A stretch of DNA of 64,000 nucleotides from Candidatus Magasanikbacteria bacterium RIFCSPHIGHO2_02_FULL_48_18 (GTDB taxonomy: Bacteria; Patescibacteriota; Patescibacteriia; Magasanikbacterales; UBA922): the NCBI GenBank assembly GCA_001784285.1, contig MFQC01000011.1, forward strand, positions 67,640-131,639, in the 5' to 3' direction. The notes under the pieces were generated by a model. That model had not been told where the DNA came from, did not search any database, and saw only the letters and a list, made by a program, of their open reading frames with translations. Position numbers and translations under genes: made by a program. Every line of letters begins with the position of its first letter. Positions within the stretch are counted from its first letter, which is position 1. Positions 47,543 through 57,666 of this stretch are shown here, piece after piece.

Positions 47543-47761
47543 ATGGGTCTCCCTTCCAAACAGCGAACCCGAACATCAAAACGCCAACGCGCGTCTCATT
47601 TTGCATTATCCAAAAAGGCAATCCAATCCTGCCCATCCTGCGGCGCGCCCGCCCTGCCTCACACCGCCTGCCCAAGTTGCGGTTTGTACCGAGGGAAAAA
47701 AGCCGCCAATGTAGAAAAACGGACCGCTCGACGCGCCAAACGGATCAAAAAGATACACTAA
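47543..47761 (+). CDS. rpmF: 50S ribosomal protein L32
   Basis: MGLPSKQRTRTSKRQRASHFAL...CPSCGAPALPHTACPSCG. Confidence 0.85.
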   Translation: MGLPSKQRTRTSKRQRASHFALSKKAIQSCPSCGAPALPHTACPSCGLYRGKKAANVEKRTARRAKRIKKIH

Positions 47762-47779
47762 CGCTCATTGCCGCTCTTT

Positions 47780-48217
47780 ATGTCCAATCGACACCTTGCG
47801 CGTTCCATCGCCATGCAGTCATTGTACCAATGGGATTTTCGAGGCAAACCAAGCGCGGTTCTCCCCGCGATTATCGAACAAAATTTAAAAGAGTTCGGTG
47901 ACGGCTTGTCATCGGACAAAGACTACGTCCGGCAAACCGTGGACGGCATTCTGGAACATCTCCCGGACATTGACGCGTGCATTGAAACGCATGCCACCAA
48001 CTGGCCGCTTGACCAAATCACCATTGTGGACCGAAATATCTTGCGTCTCGGAATATACGAACTCTTATACAACGACGAAATACCGGCAAAAGTGGCCATC
48101 AATGAAGCCATCGAAATCGCAAAAAATTATGGTGGGCCGTCATCGGGCAAATTTGTGAATGGCATTCTCGGGGCGCTCCTCAAAGAATTGGAAACAAAAG
48201 AAAAAAAACAAGAATAA
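47780..48217 (+). CDS. nusB: transcription antitermination factor NusB
   Basis: [28 protein letters not shown]; ORF begins with TTG at 47768, first ATG at 47780. Confidence 0.85.
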   Translation: MSNRHLARSIAMQSLYQWDFRGKPSAVLPAIIEQNLKEFGDGLSSDKDYVRQTVDGILEHLPDIDACIETHATNWPLDQITIVDRNILRLGIYELLYNDEIPAKVAINEAIEIAKNYGGPSSGKFVNGILGALLKELETKEKKQE

Positions 48218-48353
48218 TCGCTCTTTCCTTTATTCAACGTACCCATCCGTTCTCATAAAAGCTCAAATGTTTCTCTCCTCGCGCATGGAGTGTGACATTT
48301 GAAATTTGATGAGGGAAATATCGGTGGCAAGAGTACGATCAATTTTTACAAGT

Positions 48354-49115
48354 ATGCCTATTGCCGCGTATACAGAAAAAAAATTCCCAAAACTCGAAGA
48401 AATCATCGGCATCACATTTCACAATCCAAATCTTCTGGTCCAAGCGCTCGTCCACCGCTCATTTCTTAATGAAAACAGAGACTTCCCGCTTGCGCACAAT
48501 GAACGGCTGGAATTTTTGGGTGACGCAGTGTTGGAATTGATTGTTACACAATTTTTGTTTGACCGTTATCTCAATCCCGAAGGAGAACTCACCAACTGGA
48601 GAGCGGCCCTTGTCAACGCAAAGATGTGCGCGGACGTCGCACGTGAAATTGGCTTGGAAGAATTTTTATTCCTGAGCCACGGAGAGCAAAAGGATGAAAA
48701 CACCAAAGCTCGAGATTATATTTTGGCAAACGCGTTTGAGGCGGTGATTGGCGCCATCTTTATTGATCACGGGTGGGATATGGCCAATCAATTTGTCACA
48801 AGATGGATTATCAGTAAATTGCCCGAGGTCTTGGATTTGGGCCTTTGGATGGATCCAAAATCGCGGTTTCAAGAAGCGGCGCAAGAAATTGTCGGCATCA
48901 CGCCCACATACCGCGTCCTCAAAGAGGACGGACCCGACCACGATAAGCAATTTGTGGTTGGCGTGTATCTTGATAAAGAAAAAATCGCGATTGGCGAGGG
49001 TGGCAGTAAACAAGAAGCCCAAGTGGAAGCCGCGGAAAAAGGATTGAAAAAAAAGGCATGGAAAGGACCAAAAATCCAAATTTTGGAACGAAAAGAAAAT
49101 GATCCGATTGGGTAA
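48354..49115 (+). CDS. rnc: ribonuclease III
   Basis: ERLEFLGDAVLE catalytic signature and C-terminal dsRBD. Confidence 0.9.
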   Translation: MPIAAYTEKKFPKLEEIIGITFHNPNLLVQALVHRSFLNENRDFPLAHNERLEFLGDAVLELIVTQFLFDRYLNPEGELTNWRAALVNAKMCADVAREIGLEEFLFLSHGEQKDENTKARDYILANAFEAVIGAIFIDHGWDMANQFVTRWIISKLPEVLDLGLWMDPKSRFQEAAQEIVGITPTYRVLKEDGPDHDKQFVVGVYLDKEKIAIGEGGSKQEAQVEAAEKGLKKKAWKGPKIQILERKENDPIG

Positions 49116-49170
49116 ATATTTGAAATATCTAATTTCTAATTGACCTAAAAAATAAAATAATATACAAAAT

Positions 49171-49545
49171 ATGGAGGGGAAAACTCAACCAAAATGGGAT
49201 TTGTATGAGAGGACAAAAAATTTTGCAAACAAAATAACCGAACGACTTATTCCACAACTGATCGGAGCATCAACAAGCATTGGAGCAAACTATTGTGAAG
49301 CAGACAACGCCGAAAGTAAACGAGATTTTATTCATAAAATAGGCATTTGCAAAAAAGAGTCACGGGAGACGGTTTTCTTTCTGGAAATTATTGCAACTGC
49401 CGTCCCTCATGTAGCGGCTGAAACAACTCCATTACGTCAAGAAGCGATAGAACTCAATCTTATTTTCAACGCGATTCAAAGAAAAATAAAAACAAATCAA
49501 AATGAGATACTAGACCAATTAGATATTATTAGATATTTCAACTAC
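49171..49545 (+). CDS. four-helix-bundle protein (23S rRNA intervening-sequence protein / DGR Avd-like family)
   Basis: IGANYCEADNAESKRDFIHKIGICKKESRETVFFLEII signature; no in-frame stop before tRNA-Lys (the ORF reads through to 49644). Confidence 0.6.
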
Positions 49546-49618
49546 GGGTCGCTAGCTCAGTTGGTAGAGCAGTTGCCTCTTAAGCAAACGGTCCTGGGTT
49601 CGATCCCCAGGCGACCCA
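49546..49618 (+). tRNA. tRNA-Lys (anticodon CTT)
   Basis: acceptor GGGTCGC/GCGACCC, D GCTC/GAGC, anticodon loop CTCTTAA, T-arm CTGGG-TTCGATC-CCCAG. Confidence 0.85.
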
Positions 49619-49682
49619 CGAGAAGTCTTTGCCTCTCTAGTTAAATAGATAGAACGACGGTCTCCTGCCCGCCATGACCCAT

Positions 49683-49754
49683 GCCCTCGTAGTTCAACGG
49701 ATAGAACGTCAGTCTTCGGAACTGAAGATAGGGGTTCGATTCCCTTCGGGGGCA
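49683..49754 (+). tRNA. tRNA-Arg (anticodon TCG)
   Basis: acceptor GCCCTCG/CGGGGGC (one G-U), D GTTC/GAAC, anticodon stem TCAGT/ACTGA, loop CTTCGGA, T-arm AGGGG-TTCGATT-CCCTT. Confidence 0.75.
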
Positions 49755-49794
49755 CAGGCGATGGCAGACGGGGAAAGGTACACGAATTTGAATT

Positions 49795-51654
49795 TTATCG
49801 AGAAGAAAGAAGCTGTTTCACGGTTTGAATAATGGCGATGTTATCAATTTCTTCATAATGCAAGAGCTCTGCCGGCGTTCCACTCCTCGGCATTTTATTG
49901 ACAGCAAGCGATACGACCGGGCGGCCGTTTAATGCTGTGCGCACCGCTTCGCCGAGTCCGCCTTCTGGATAATGATCTTCAACAGTGATAACTCCTCCGG
50001 TGTCTCTTACTGCTTTTTCAAGCGTAGGCTGGTCAATCGGTTTTATACTATAGAGATCAATCACACGGATGGCAATACCTTCTTTTTTTAGCATATCATA
50101 GGCTTTGAGCGCCTCATGAAGAGTAATGCCAGCCGCAACAACGGTTGCAACATCGTTAGTGCTCTCTCGCAACACCTTTGATCCGGCCACCGGAAAGGTT
50201 TCGCTTTCATCATATAAAACCGGCACCGCCTCGCGCGTAGTCCGCAAATACGTAATACCGGCGTGTTTCGCCGCTTCTTCCACGAGCCATGCCGTTGATA
50301 CCGCGTCCGAAGGATAGAAGACGACGCTGTCTCGAAGGGTACGAAACATGGCGATGTCTTCCAAACCCATTTGAGACGATCCATCATGACCGATGGACAC
50401 CCCGCAGTGCGAGCCAACAAACGTGATATTGCCCAAACTGTATTGTGCCATCCGAATTTGGTCAAACGCGCGAGAAAAAAAAGCGGCAAATGTGGAAACG
50501 AACGGCATTTTTCCGCGACGGGCAAGCCCAAGCGCAGTGCCCACCATGTGCTGTTCGGCAATAAACATTTCAAAAAAACGGTCCGGCCACGCATTTTTGA
50601 ATATCTCCGCATAGGTGGAATTGCTGGTTTCCGCGTCAAGCGCGACAACTATCGGATACTTTGCGCCAAGCGCGGCAAGCGCTTGTCCATAGGCCTTTCT
50701 TGTCGCAACCGTGTCCCCTTTTGCATACGAAAATTTCACTGGTTGCGCGGGCGTATGGGACAATGGTTTGGGCAGATCCTCCGGCGGCAATGGCAACATG
50801 CCAACTAATTGTGTATCAAGAGGCTCCAATTCCGGAAGCGCTCGAGCCAGATCTTCTTTTGACAGCGGCTTGCCGTGCCACCCTTCTTTATCTTCTATAA
50901 ACGAAATGCCTTTTCCTTTCAATGTTTTTGCAAGAATGAGAACGGGTTTTCCCTGTGTCTCTCCCGCCTGTTTCAACGCGGCAACACATTCGGCCATATC
51001 ATTGCCGTCAATCGCTATCACGTGCCAACCAAACGCTTCCGCCCGCTGTTGATATATGCCGACCTCGTGCCCTTCCATGGTTTCACCCCGCTGTCCAAGA
51101 CGGTTCACGTCCACAATGGCAACGATATTGTCGAGATTTCTAAATGATGCCCACGCAAGCGCTTCCCACACCGATCCTTCGGCCATTTCGCTGTCTCCCA
51201 AAAGCACATACGTGCGATACGAAAGATGATCAAGAAATTTTGCGTTGACCGCCATGCCAACGCCAACCGATAATCCTTGTCCCAATGACCCGGTCGCGGC
51301 CTCGGTGTACGGAAATCGAAGCGTGGGGTGCCCTTCAAGCCGACTGTCAAATTGACGCAACGTTTGTAATTCTTCTTCTGAAATTTTTCCTGCCGCGGCA
51401 TAGAGCGCATAAAACAATGGCGACGCATGGCCTTTGGAAAAAATGAGACGATCATTATTCGGAGCATCTGGATTATTGAGATCGGCCCGAAAAAAACCGC
51501 CAAAAAATAACGCCGTCATAATATCGGCGGCAGAAAGCGACGAACTCGGATGACCGGATCCTGCCGCGGTCGTGGAAATGAGAATATAATAACGCACCAG
51601 ACGCGCAAGGGCGTCAAGATCGGAAAAATTTTTTTCTGATTGATTATACGTCAT
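49795..51654 (-). CDS. tkt: transketolase
   Basis: GSGHPSSSLS, GHASP, LGDSEMAEGSVWEA TPP-binding motif, 619 aa. Confidence 0.9.
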   Translation of the reverse strand: MTYNQSEKNFSDLDALARLVRYYILISTTAAGSGHPSSSLSAADIMTALFFGGFFRADLNNPDAPNNDRLIFSKGHASPLFYALYAAAGKISEEELQTLRQFDSRLEGHPTLRFPYTEAATGSLGQGLSVGVGMAVNAKFLDHLSYRTYVLLGDSEMAEGSVWEALAWASFRNLDNIVAIVDVNRLGQRGETMEGHEVGIYQQRAEAFGWHVIAIDGNDMAECVAALKQAGETQGKPVLILAKTLKGKGISFIEDKEGWHGKPLSKEDLARALPELEPLDTQLVGMLPLPPEDLPKPLSHTPAQPVKFSYAKGDTVATRKAYGQALAALGAKYPIVVALDAETSNSTYAEIFKNAWPDRFFEMFIAEQHMVGTALGLARRGKMPFVSTFAAFFSRAFDQIRMAQYSLGNITFVGSHCGVSIGHDGSSQMGLEDIAMFRTLRDSVVFYPSDAVSTAWLVEEAAKHAGITYLRTTREAVPVLYDESETFPVAGSKVLRESTNDVATVVAAGITLHEALKAYDMLKKEGIAIRVIDLYSIKPIDQPTLEKAVRDTGGVITVEDHYPEGGLGEAVRTALNGRPVVSLAVNKMPRSGTPAELLHYEEIDNIAIIQTVKQLLSSR

Positions 51655-51678
51655 ATCAATGGAATATCATCCTGTCTC

Positions 51679-53691
51679 CTACAATGCAATCTCATCACCG
51701 AGAAGAAATATCTCCGAGCCTGTGACCGTGTCTTTCGCGCGAAGCTTCACCGGTGAAGAAAGTTTTGTCTGGGTGGGATTTTTTGTTTGCAATGCAACGA
51801 CAAACTCAAGCGCCAGCACATCCACACTGGTCGGCATCTGCTCGATATTCCATGTCAATGTTTTGGTTGATGGATCAAACGACGCATTTCCGGCCGGAGT
51901 AGATAGCGCGCTCTCGTCCCACGCAAGATCTCCATACCACTCCGCACTGAGCTGAATGTTTTCCAACGGATGAAACGTATTGGTCAAGATCCACCGTACA
52001 GGATGCCTCTCCGAGGTTCCTTTCGCCACCGGCCCGCTGTCTTCCACCCGCAGGGCAAGATCGGACTGAATGGTTATCTGAACGGGCGCTAAAGAAAATA
52101 ATTGTTTTGTTTTATTCATGTCATATTGGACATCAATGGATACTGTCCCCTCGTGCGTCAAAAATTGGGCCAAGTCCGCGTCATCGGCGCTTTTGACAGG
52201 GAGAGAAAAATCAATGGAAACTTCTGAACCTGGCGGAAGTGCTGTCAATGCGCCTATCTCCGCTTCGCCCCAGAGAATACTCCCCCGACGTTCGGTTGGA
52301 GAGCGCTGTTCTCCTTCTATGATTCCGTCCTGCGGATCGTCAAGAAGCGCCCAATGAAGAATGCTCTTGTTGTCTGCCGACGGCATATCAAAGACAGCGC
52401 GGACACGAATATGCTCCACAGGTTCTTGTCCATTATTTTTTACCACAAGCGTTATATGCATTTTTTCTCCAGGCTGTACGGTCACATCGCCGGCAGTGCC
52501 ATTCACGACCATGGTGCCGCTTAAATCGGCTTGCGCCACATGGACGGTCACCGTCTCCTCGTCGAAAACAAACGGATCAAGAGAAGGAAGCGCAGAATTC
52601 CACCCGATAACTTTGAAGGTAAGCGGAACATCCGAAGGTCCGGACGCATCTGGAGCAAAAAAACCCTTTATGGTCATGGTCTTTTCTTTTTCAAGAACGG
52701 AAACAGGCCAGCGAAGATCATCAAACGGATCGCTCGGTTCGCTGGTTTCTTTTTTGGTAAACCGCGGGTTCGGTTCGAGCACGATGGCGAGATTCGTTAT
52801 GGGTCCTTCATACGCGTCGGCAAGACGAACCGATGCGGAGAAAGACGCGTCAACACCGGAGAGGATTTCTTTTGGCGCGTCAACCAAAAGGATGACGGGC
52901 GTCTCCGTAACCGTCATGTTCACGGTTGCCACCTTTTGGAACGAAGAGCTAAAATTGCTTGGCGTATAATTTAAAAAAATACGAAACGACTGTTCGGTTT
53001 CCACGTCCGCATACAAGCGGCCGACAATATCAATATACCCGCTTTCGTTACCCGCAAGTTCGCCCAAATCCCAGCGATCGTGCATGTCGTCTGCCGGAGC
53101 GGGATTGGCTTCTTCAAAAACAAAACCTGCAGGATATCGAATTTCGAGTTCTGCCTTCTCAAGCGAAACCGATTGATTATTTCTATACCGGATCCGATAC
53201 TGCGCGCGTTCGCCGATCATGAGTGTTTCTTCGCCGGAAATGGAGAGAACAACATCTTCCTGAGAAAACGACGCGCGCGGCTGAAACACAAAAAATCCAA
53301 CCCAGGCCACAACGCACAAAAGCGCCACGACAGAAAGAAAAGTGAGTGACACACGGAATAATCCGTTTCGTTTTCTCTGAGAGAATGCGCTCATATCCGG
53401 CATGCTTCCATCGCCATTTTCATAAATTTCTACCAGCTGTTTTCCAATGGTCTCCATCTTTTTCGCGTCCTTTTTGGAAAAATTATAATCGGAGGCGTTC
53501 TTTTGTTTGGCGCGTAATTGCGTATGGTTCTTTTTCTTTGTTTCCTTGCGCACGGCTTTTTCTCGAGATTTTTTTTCGTCTAATTCAGAAGGGCCTATTT
53601 CTTTTTCCACAAAATCATGATCCTCTGCCAAAGAAGCATTTGCTGGAGCGTCGGATGAGGAATGATTTGAAGAAAAAGATGGATTGGCCAT
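51679..53691 (-). CDS. bitopic envelope protein: Lys-rich cytoplasmic tail, one TM helix, ~500-aa beta-rich extracytoplasmic domain (hypothetical)
   Basis: TM LFRVSLTFLSVVALLCVVAWVGFFVF around residue 105; no recognisable catalytic motif. Confidence 0.5.
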   Translation of the reverse strand: MANPSFSSNHSSSDAPANASLAEDHDFVEKEIGPSELDEKKSREKAVRKETKKKNHTQLRAKQKNASDYNFSKKDAKKMETIGKQLVEIYENGDGSMPDMSAFSQRKRNGLFRVSLTFLSVVALLCVVAWVGFFVFQPRASFSQEDVVLSISGEETLMIGERAQYRIRYRNNQSVSLEKAELEIRYPAGFVFEEANPAPADDMHDRWDLGELAGNESGYIDIVGRLYADVETEQSFRIFLNYTPSNFSSSFQKVATVNMTVTETPVILLVDAPKEILSGVDASFSASVRLADAYEGPITNLAIVLEPNPRFTKKETSEPSDPFDDLRWPVSVLEKEKTMTIKGFFAPDASGPSDVPLTFKVIGWNSALPSLDPFVFDEETVTVHVAQADLSGTMVVNGTAGDVTVQPGEKMHITLVVKNNGQEPVEHIRVRAVFDMPSADNKSILHWALLDDPQDGIIEGEQRSPTERRGSILWGEAEIGALTALPPGSEVSIDFSLPVKSADDADLAQFLTHEGTVSIDVQYDMNKTKQLFSLAPVQITIQSDLALRVEDSGPVAKGTSERHPVRWILTNTFHPLENIQLSAEWYGDLAWDESALSTPAGNASFDPSTKTLTWNIEQMPTSVDVLALEFVVALQTKNPTQTKLSSPVKLRAKDTVTGSEIFLLGDEIAL

Positions 53692-53769
53692 ACAGTATGA
53701 ATACAAGAGTGCGGTACGATTGTACCAAAAAAAAATTTCCCTGTCGAGAAATGCAGAACAAGAATAGTA

Positions 53770-56373
53770 TTAACTATTGCGCTCCATGACTACGCCAATT
53801 GCATCATCAGTATCGAGCACGGAATCCATCGCAACCCCATGCGGCAAAAGTCTCAGCCGATCATCGGTTTTCCAGACCGGTGTCCAATCCTCGGGATAGC
53901 CGATCTGAAAAGAAAAACCGCTTGCTGTACCCGACTGTTTTTGAATAAGCAGACTGTATCGAGAGATGTCCAGGTCTCTTGGTTTGGAAAAAAAAGATTT
54001 CCATTTTTCCGGAAGCGAGCTGTCCGGCGAATCCTGGCTCTCGGCGAGAAAGGCAGAAGAGAGAGAAAAAGGAAGGCGATATGTAAAACGAACCTCGCTC
54101 GTTTCGCCGGGCGGCGTAATGGCCCAATTGCCAAAAACGGTTTTCCCAAATTCACTGGTAATATGGGTGCCGGTTTCCACATGAATAGATTGCTCGCGTT
54201 CTTGGGCAAGAAGATCGGCATCATCCTCATACCACGGCTCCGGAACCAAGAAAACATCCTCCGGGGGATACGTAAATCCTTTTGCATCAAGAAGCTCTGA
54301 GCCTTCCGGGACATACACCCGTACATAATTGACATTATTCACACCATAAAACTGCTCCCCAGACTCCCCATGATGCTCTCGCCGAACAATGACGGTATCG
54401 ATGACCGAGCCATCCGGCGCGACGGCCGCGTGATGTTCGATATGTTGCGACACTTTCGCATCGGTTTTCGACCCCAAGAGATTCGTGTTGACGACCATGA
54501 GATAATCCTGTTCTGTCCGGGTTTGCCATATGTCGCCGGTCCATCCAAATGTGCGAAGCGTGTCTTCTGTCGCAGGGTCGTTCGCATACAACTGAATTTC
54601 CTTGTGTTCGAGCGCCTCATAAAGCTGAAACAAGAGAGCAATAACCTGATCGGGAGGCACCTCGCGCACTTCAGATAAAAACTGATCCAAAAGAGCCGCA
54701 ATAACTGCCTTCGGCTGATTTTTTTCTCGATCATACCCAACCTGCACTTCTTCTTGAAGCGCAGAGAGCGCGGTATTCACGTCGAGCGATAGCGCATAGT
54801 CGCTATTTTCAATCGGCCCAAGGACGGCAAGAAGCCGCTCCAACACCGATGCGTTGATTGCAATCACCCCATCAACGGTTGAGCCTCGTCCATGTTGATA
54901 AAACCATTCCATTTTTTCCGCAGATGCCGGAAAATCAGGAAACCAATTCGCATCTTGGAATTCCCACCGTTTATTGATGACTTGCAAAGGCAAAGGCGGC
55001 TTCACGTACTCCGAGAGTTGGCCCTGCAAATCGTATGTTCCTCCTCCGGGCACTTCCATGCGCAACACTTTTCCTTTTTGAACATCCACAACCGCAAATG
55101 CCCCCAAAAAACCGCCGGTGGGCCGCAATTCATGATGATTCTGGAACATCACCAAATAGCGGTGAAAATCGTCCGAGCCAATCATGGTCGTGACAACATC
55201 CAGCAAATCGGCCATGTCTTTCATGTCATTGACAAAGACGGCAAACAACAGACGGAATTCTTGCAATGACGACTGATACGCTTCCGGCAAAATGCTGGGC
55301 TCAACACTCGATAAGTCAACCAAGGCCGCCTCATATTCCGGAATGGCGCCACGAATAAAATGCTGTAACGTTTCCAATCGATCGGTCAAGGGCGTCGTTC
55401 CCTGGTCCATCGCGTCGGAGACTCCTTTTACGAGATATGCGTTGCCAAGCGCCACGTGTTGGCCGGCGATAAGAAGACGGTGGCGCGACGTGACATGTTT
55501 TCCAACAAAAGGAAGAAGCCCGCCAAGCGACGCGACTGTCCCATATTCTTCATCAATAATGGTTTGCGCATCGCTAAATCCTTTGAGGGCTCTGTCAAGA
55601 TCAACTTTTGCCTGCGCCAAATTGGCTTGCATCGCGGCGACGGTTGATGATTGGAGTGACCCAAACGCTTCTGTCGCGTGCGCCGCCACTCGGCCGCTAT
55701 CATTTTTTATTTTTTGATAATACGCGACCGCGGGAAACGGAAGAATAAGCGCAACAATAATTGAAACGCTGACATACCGAAAAAAATATGTTGACAAAAC
55801 TGCGCGTCTTGTTTCTTGGAACGGTATGGAATTATGAAGCGCAAAAAAATTCTGCAACCATCGCGCTCTCAAAACATGGCCATACGCAACTGAATCACGA
55901 AGCATAGAAAAAATGCTTTTTCTCTTTCTTTGCTGTGTCTCTGCAGTCGCCATTTTTTTCAAAGCGCCTTGTGTGGAGAGAGACAAATTCGACTGATTCG
56001 CCTCACGCACGAGCGCCGCAAAATCAACTTCTTTGCGTTCAACCCGAGGCGTCTGTTTTTCTTTGAAACTCACAACGGATAAAAGCGGATGATCCTTTGG
56101 TATTCCCTTAAGATCCACCACATGTTTGGAAGGGTTGGCTTTTGAAACCCACTGCACAAAAATTGATCGTGATGAAGATTGCCGACGAGACCGCGAAGGA
56201 GCCTTTACTGGTTCCTTTCCCTCTGTTTTTTTGTCCACATTCTTCTGCTTCACAGAAGGAGAAGAAGTCAAAACAAAAGAATCGTTCGGCTGTTGCGTGC
56301 ACCGACGTCGGTTATGACCGGTTTTTCCACAACCGGTGCAGGTTTGCGCCCTTTTGTATCTTTTCTTGGCCAT
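53770..56373 (-). CDS. large bitopic membrane protein with an N-terminal CCHC zinc-knuckle-like motif and a DUF4012-like extracytoplasmic domain (hypothetical)
   Basis: CTGCGKTGHNRRRC fits C-X2-C-X4-H-X4-C; basic and Ser-rich tail, TM helix near residue 215; ELRPTGGFLGAFAVVD block resembles DUF4012. Confidence 0.5.
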   Translation of the reverse strand: MAKKRYKRAQTCTGCGKTGHNRRRCTQQPNDSFVLTSSPSVKQKNVDKKTEGKEPVKAPSRSRRQSSSRSIFVQWVSKANPSKHVVDLKGIPKDHPLLSVVSFKEKQTPRVERKEVDFAALVREANQSNLSLSTQGALKKMATAETQQRKRKSIFSMLRDSVAYGHVLRARWLQNFFALHNSIPFQETRRAVLSTYFFRYVSVSIIVALILPFPAVAYYQKIKNDSGRVAAHATEAFGSLQSSTVAAMQANLAQAKVDLDRALKGFSDAQTIIDEEYGTVASLGGLLPFVGKHVTSRHRLLIAGQHVALGNAYLVKGVSDAMDQGTTPLTDRLETLQHFIRGAIPEYEAALVDLSSVEPSILPEAYQSSLQEFRLLFAVFVNDMKDMADLLDVVTTMIGSDDFHRYLVMFQNHHELRPTGGFLGAFAVVDVQKGKVLRMEVPGGGTYDLQGQLSEYVKPPLPLQVINKRWEFQDANWFPDFPASAEKMEWFYQHGRGSTVDGVIAINASVLERLLAVLGPIENSDYALSLDVNTALSALQEEVQVGYDREKNQPKAVIAALLDQFLSEVREVPPDQVIALLFQLYEALEHKEIQLYANDPATEDTLRTFGWTGDIWQTRTEQDYLMVVNTNLLGSKTDAKVSQHIEHHAAVAPDGSVIDTVIVRREHHGESGEQFYGVNNVNYVRVYVPEGSELLDAKGFTYPPEDVFLVPEPWYEDDADLLAQEREQSIHVETGTHITSEFGKTVFGNWAITPPGETSEVRFTYRLPFSLSSAFLAESQDSPDSSLPEKWKSFFSKPRDLDISRYSLLIQKQSGTASGFSFQIGYPEDWTPVWKTDDRLRLLPHGVAMDSVLDTDDAIGVVMERNS

Positions 56374-56476
56374 GATGTTTTGAACTATTGCTCTCAGTAT
56401 AGCATAAAAAAAATAAAGAGTGAATAAACTCACTCTCTCTTTTCCATGCTTTCCATTGCCGACGAATTGCCTCTAT

Positions 56477-57631
56477 TTATAGTACCGCACCCAAATGCAA
56501 ATACTGCTGTGCCGTCTGTCGAGCAAGCGTATCCCACGAATATCGCGCGAGCTCATGTTTTGCGTTTTCTCGCAACAGAGAGCGAATATCTTCATTTCGT
56601 AATACCTCATTCATGCGCGCCGCGATGTCTTCAGGGCTTTCCGGATCAACATAGACCGCCGCTTCTCCCAATACCTCCGGAAGAGAGCTTCTCTCAGAAG
56701 CGATAACCGGAACGCCATGAACGAGCGCTTCAAGCGGAGGCAGGCCAAATCCTTCATAGAGGCTCGGAAAAACAAAGAGATTGGCGTGGTGATAGAGCAC
56801 TGCAAGGTCATGGTCGGACACAAGACCCGTAAAAATCGGCTGGCGCGCCAATCCTGATACGAGCGCACTTTGTTTGAGTCTGGTATAAAAATAATTTTCT
56901 TTTCCTGCCAATACCAAATCGTAATGGGTATCATATGTCTCGGTATATATCTTCCACGCCCTCATCAGTGTTTCCAAATTCTTGTGCGGATACGCCGCGC
57001 CGACATACAAGATATACGGCTCATGAATTCCATAGCGATCAAAAAGGATATGCTGATTTTCTTGTTCGTCCGGGCGGCAGATAGTATACGGAGCTTGATA
57101 GGTCACGGTCATTTTTTGTTCTGGCACATGAAGCGTCGCGTGAATATCCTGCTTCGTATATTCACTGGTGACAAAGATATGCGCCGCGCGATGCGCCGCA
57201 CTCTTCATAACCGCGCGATGCGCATGGTCTTTGACCCAATACATAATCGGCCCCCACGTGGTCGCCTCAGGTCTTGGATAGTGGAACATCGTCAAATCAT
57301 GGATAGTCATGACAAACGGCCCGCGACACAAGAGTGGAATATTCCAATGCGGAAAATGCATAAGGTCCACTCGTTCTTTTTTAAGAAGAGGAATAAGCGC
57401 GTATTGTTCTTTCCACCCGTACCATGGAATATCAGCAAACACAATTCGAACATTGGGCGCATTGCGCATCTCTTGTTGCATTCCGCTCTCAACAAGCGCA
57501 TCTGAACGTTGCACAAACAAAACATACGTGTTCGTTGTTTGGAGACGAATAAGATGCAAAATCAATTGTTGCACATAGCGCCCCAGCCCGTACCCGAACC
57601 CAAGCATGCGCGCATCAATGCCAATAATCAT
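56477..57631 (-). CDS. glycosyltransferase family 4
   Basis: FVFPSLYEGFGLPPLEALVHGVPVIASERSSLPEVLG. Confidence 0.8.
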   Translation of the reverse strand: MIIGIDARMLGFGYGLGRYVQQLILHLIRLQTTNTYVLFVQRSDALVESGMQQEMRNAPNVRIVFADIPWYGWKEQYALIPLLKKERVDLMHFPHWNIPLLCRGPFVMTIHDLTMFHYPRPEATTWGPIMYWVKDHAHRAVMKSAAHRAAHIFVTSEYTKQDIHATLHVPEQKMTVTYQAPYTICRPDEQENQHILFDRYGIHEPYILYVGAAYPHKNLETLMRAWKIYTETYDTHYDLVLAGKENYFYTRLKQSALVSGLARQPIFTGLVSDHDLAVLYHHANLFVFPSLYEGFGLPPLEALVHGVPVIASERSSLPEVLGEAAVYVDPESPEDIAARMNEVLRNEDIRSLLRENAKHELARYSWDTLARQTAQQYLHLGAVL

Positions 57632-57666
57632 ATACCGATATTGTACCTCAAAAGGAAACGGGTGTG

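Noticed and set aside
49171-49545. Avd-like protein as evidence of a diversity-generating retroelement in this window
   Set aside because: No reverse transcriptase, template repeat or C-type-lectin/FGE-type target gene is seen within the window. Stand-alone members of this family are common next to tRNA and rRNA genes.
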